Of a stretch of DNA of 64,000 nucleotides, positions 61,101 to 64,000 are shown piece after piece. This stretch comes from Laetmonice hystrix (taxonomy: Eukaryota): NCBI GenBank assembly GCA_965235115.1, contig OZ249445.1, positions 18,352,001 to 18,416,000 on the forward strand. The letters run 5' to 3'. The position numbers were made by a program, and so were the translations under genes. The notes beneath the pieces are model-generated. The model was not told where the DNA came from and made no database searches. It saw nothing but the letters and a program-made list of their open reading frames with translations. How positions within the stretch are numbered: the stretch's first letter is position 1; each line of letters opens with the position of its first letter.

Positions 61101-64000
61101 TCCAGCCTCCGTCCAGTCTACAGGATCTCATAAACCGGCCTGACAGAGTGTCACACCACAAGGGTTTCAGACATACTGCACACAGTCACACTATAGGATA
61201 AAGAATTGACATGTCAGCCAATATTCCTGTTTTAGAGCAGGATTAATCCACCAGAACTGATTGTGTGGGCAGCGGCGGAAAAGTTACAAGTTGCGTAAAA
61301 AAAGTTTAGCCAAACTTTCCAATGGCAAAGACACAAGGTTGACAGTAATATATTGTTCATGGAAAGGGCAGTGTTGAAACCTGAGTTGGAGCGGTACTGT
61401 TTGCAGCGTGGCCATCAGTAGGTGGTGGTAGTTTTTACACAGATAGTTCTTACACTGTCGATGGAGAGATGTATTGTTTTGTTACCTGTACGTTCAGCGA
61501 CTAATCTCATTTAGCGTTATTCTTCACCGAACGGAATATCGATTCCATGATCACGTGTAAAGAAACCAGTTTTGGCGAAGTTTTCCAGGAGAGCCTAGTT
61601 TGTTCACGTCAGTCACCTTCGTGTCATGTCACTGATAGGGCAGTGTGTGGGAAACTGCTCCCGTCCTCTCCACGAAGGTATCGGAGCATTTGAACCTTCA
61701 CAAAGTCAGACATCCAAAAACTTCCAACCTAGACATTGCCGTGCTTTTGGCATTTTTATGTCTCTTTTCTGAGCGAGCCGCAACACAAAAGCAACGCTCA
61801 GGGCTTTATTTGGAGATAAAAACGGGCGAAGATTACTCGTCATATAGATTTCGATCATTACTTTTTTATTGTTCTCCTGCCTCTCTATGAAACTAATCAA
61901 CTCGCTAGTCGAGGAGAAAAAGACAGGTTTGAACTACGAAATGTCAAGGAACGCAGCCGCATGACGTTTTTACCGGGGTCCGTGTCAGACATGTGGTTCT
62001 GTTCACGGAATATTTTGTTACATTGACAGATCTGTAAACTCATTATCGCTCATCGATTTGAGATGCGTTTTAACATTCAAAAAAGCCTCCCAAAGTTCTA
62101 CAAAGAAAGGCGATGAAATGAACACTAATTGATCCCCATTGACTGGCGACATCTTTGATATTTTTGATGACCTTTTAAGCCGAGGTCAGAGACCTGTTAT
62201 GTCAAAGGATGTATAAGGAGCTGTGAAGGAATGTGTTTTTGAACGGTTTCAAAACGAGCAGACGACATCCTGCATGTCGTGGGCGAGGTCAGCGTGGAAT
62301 CTGCTTGTTCTGTGCGTGAGGTTGTGACAAGTCAGGCATTGTCACTACAGCGGCAGATTTACTTCTTGTGCAAGCTAATTCTGATTCATCCACTGCCTCA
62401 GGAGACAAAAGAGCAGCACGTTTATAATGTGTAACAGTGTTCAGTGATGGGTATAGAAAGTAATGGCGGAGCTTTATGAACAATAAAACAGGGTTAATTG
62501 TTCACGTCAGTGAGGACCTTTTTGACATCATGATGATCCATCACTGGTGCGAGGTTTTCGACCTTACACTACCCGTACATGAGGTATTAACGTACGATCG
62601 AATGTTCTGTTGTAAATGAGAACAACCCTGGAAGAAGTAATTGATTGAATATCTTGGTTTCCTGTACAGGATAATATATCCATTTGACTAGATTCAAGTA
62701 GTTTAAAGGCATCATCGTCACAGATCTCTGCTATGGTGGGATAAAACCATAAAGTGATTGTGTTTGAAACCTACCTTCTTGTGTTGTTTCAGAGTAATTT
62801 ATGGTACAATCCTGCTAATGCTAAGATTTAATTTGGCCAACAAGTGCTATGACTTTCTTTAAAATGTTAATTGAAATTGACGATTTTCTTCATATTAAAT
62901 GCTGAAAGTGCAAACAATGAGAGATATCTATTGCATCAAGATTTATTCAGTATTCGGTATTTTAGCATTTGTGTAGTTGGTTCCCGTTCAGCCGGCTGGA
63001 TATCATACAGGCGGAGTGGAAATATAATATACCGTCATGACATCAGACCTCCGATGAATCTATTTCTACCACAAGGGATATTTAAGCGGACAGCATTTAG
63101 AAGAGGACTCAGCGGTATTACCTAATGAGATATAGATCTATGTGTGGTCAAATATCTCGCTGTTTGTACGGAACAGATGTGTTTCTGTCATCCTATAGCA
63201 CAGTCCGCTCGATGTCCTGGTGTGTCTGTGCGGGTTTCTGACGATGTGTGTGGCATGTATGGAGAACCAACTTTCCGTGGAGCGGGGACATTTGTAAGCA
63301 GATCGTCCCTGGGTGAGACAGTGTACATTAGCGCCACACGTCATGAGACGTCACGCCGTGCAATCTCAGACTTAGCTCAGGGATCGCTGCCATGTAGCTA
63401 AGTTACCAGGTTTTAGGAGTGTTGCACGAGACGGCTAGATGGCACTCAGAATGTTTCTTATTCAGTTATGAAGGAAAGTGTAGGAGGCCCCGAAGGCGGG
63501 TCAATTCCTCTTTTAAGCTGCCATACTTAAAGTCCAAGATGGCCGCCATGATATCTTCCCAGAGAATGAAATCAGAAGGATATAAAGTCTTTTTGAAGAC
63601 CTTTGTTGTAACTTGTCATGCAGCTCTACAGTGATCTGGAAAAACCTAGCAAGTCCACTTTGCCTCACTTTCAGAAAAGTGGCAAAAACAAACCATTCCT
63701 ACCATTACGCTGCTGCAAACGCTAGGTTTTGTCCAGGTAAAGAACTATAAATTGCGTAGAGTTCTGATCACTTGTATAGGACTATATGAAAGGGCAAAAC
63801 CTAGTAAGTTCAAAAATGGGACTAACTCAAATTGGACAAAAACTCGACTTACTAGGCTTTTCCAGATCACTGTAGAGGTGAGCCCGGCCACAAGTCCTTT
63901 ATATTTCAACAGAAAGGCCACCAAGATTGTTTGGATAATACTTCATCACCATCATCATTTTGGGGGATTGCCATGGGCTAGTGAATCTTCGCCATAAGCA

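Noticed and set aside
61600-62511. 14-bp direct repeat ttgttcacgtcagt flanking about 900 bp
   Set aside because: A few 14-mer matches are expected by chance in 64 kb, and there are no TIRs, LTR features or recognisable ORF between the copies.

Overview
Eukaryotic (metazoan, probably invertebrate) genomic DNA; the species cannot be assigned from the sequence. Two protein-coding genes start head-to-head around a CpG-rich promoter region at about 36.4-37.1 kb. On the + strand are exons 1-3 of a leprecan-family gene (prolyl 3-hydroxylase/CRTAP/SC65), with introns of 3.1 kb and 18.4 kb. On the - strand is the first coding exon of an ephrin (signal peptide plus LPPIHWNQSNP), which the ORF track misses. 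No second ephrin exon was found, so its first intron appears to run more than 36 kb and off the window. Most intronic space looks like heavily decayed CR1/L2-type LINE relics, recognised by eye from collinear endonuclease (EN) and reverse transcriptase (RT) motif remnants, so these calls are of moderate confidence. The relics are almost all antisense to whichever gene hosts them, so their polarity flips at the promoter. There are also several MITEs and two young tandem repeats. The most interesting signal is a textbook recursive-splice ('ratchet') site, pyrimidine tract-CAG|GTAAGT, on the ephrin strand at 4731/4730. It is followed by a 55-nt cryptic exon that would place an immediate stop codon after ephrin exon 1. 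No prokaryotic systems, CRISPR arrays, rRNA or tRNA genes, or intact transposable-element ORFs were seen.
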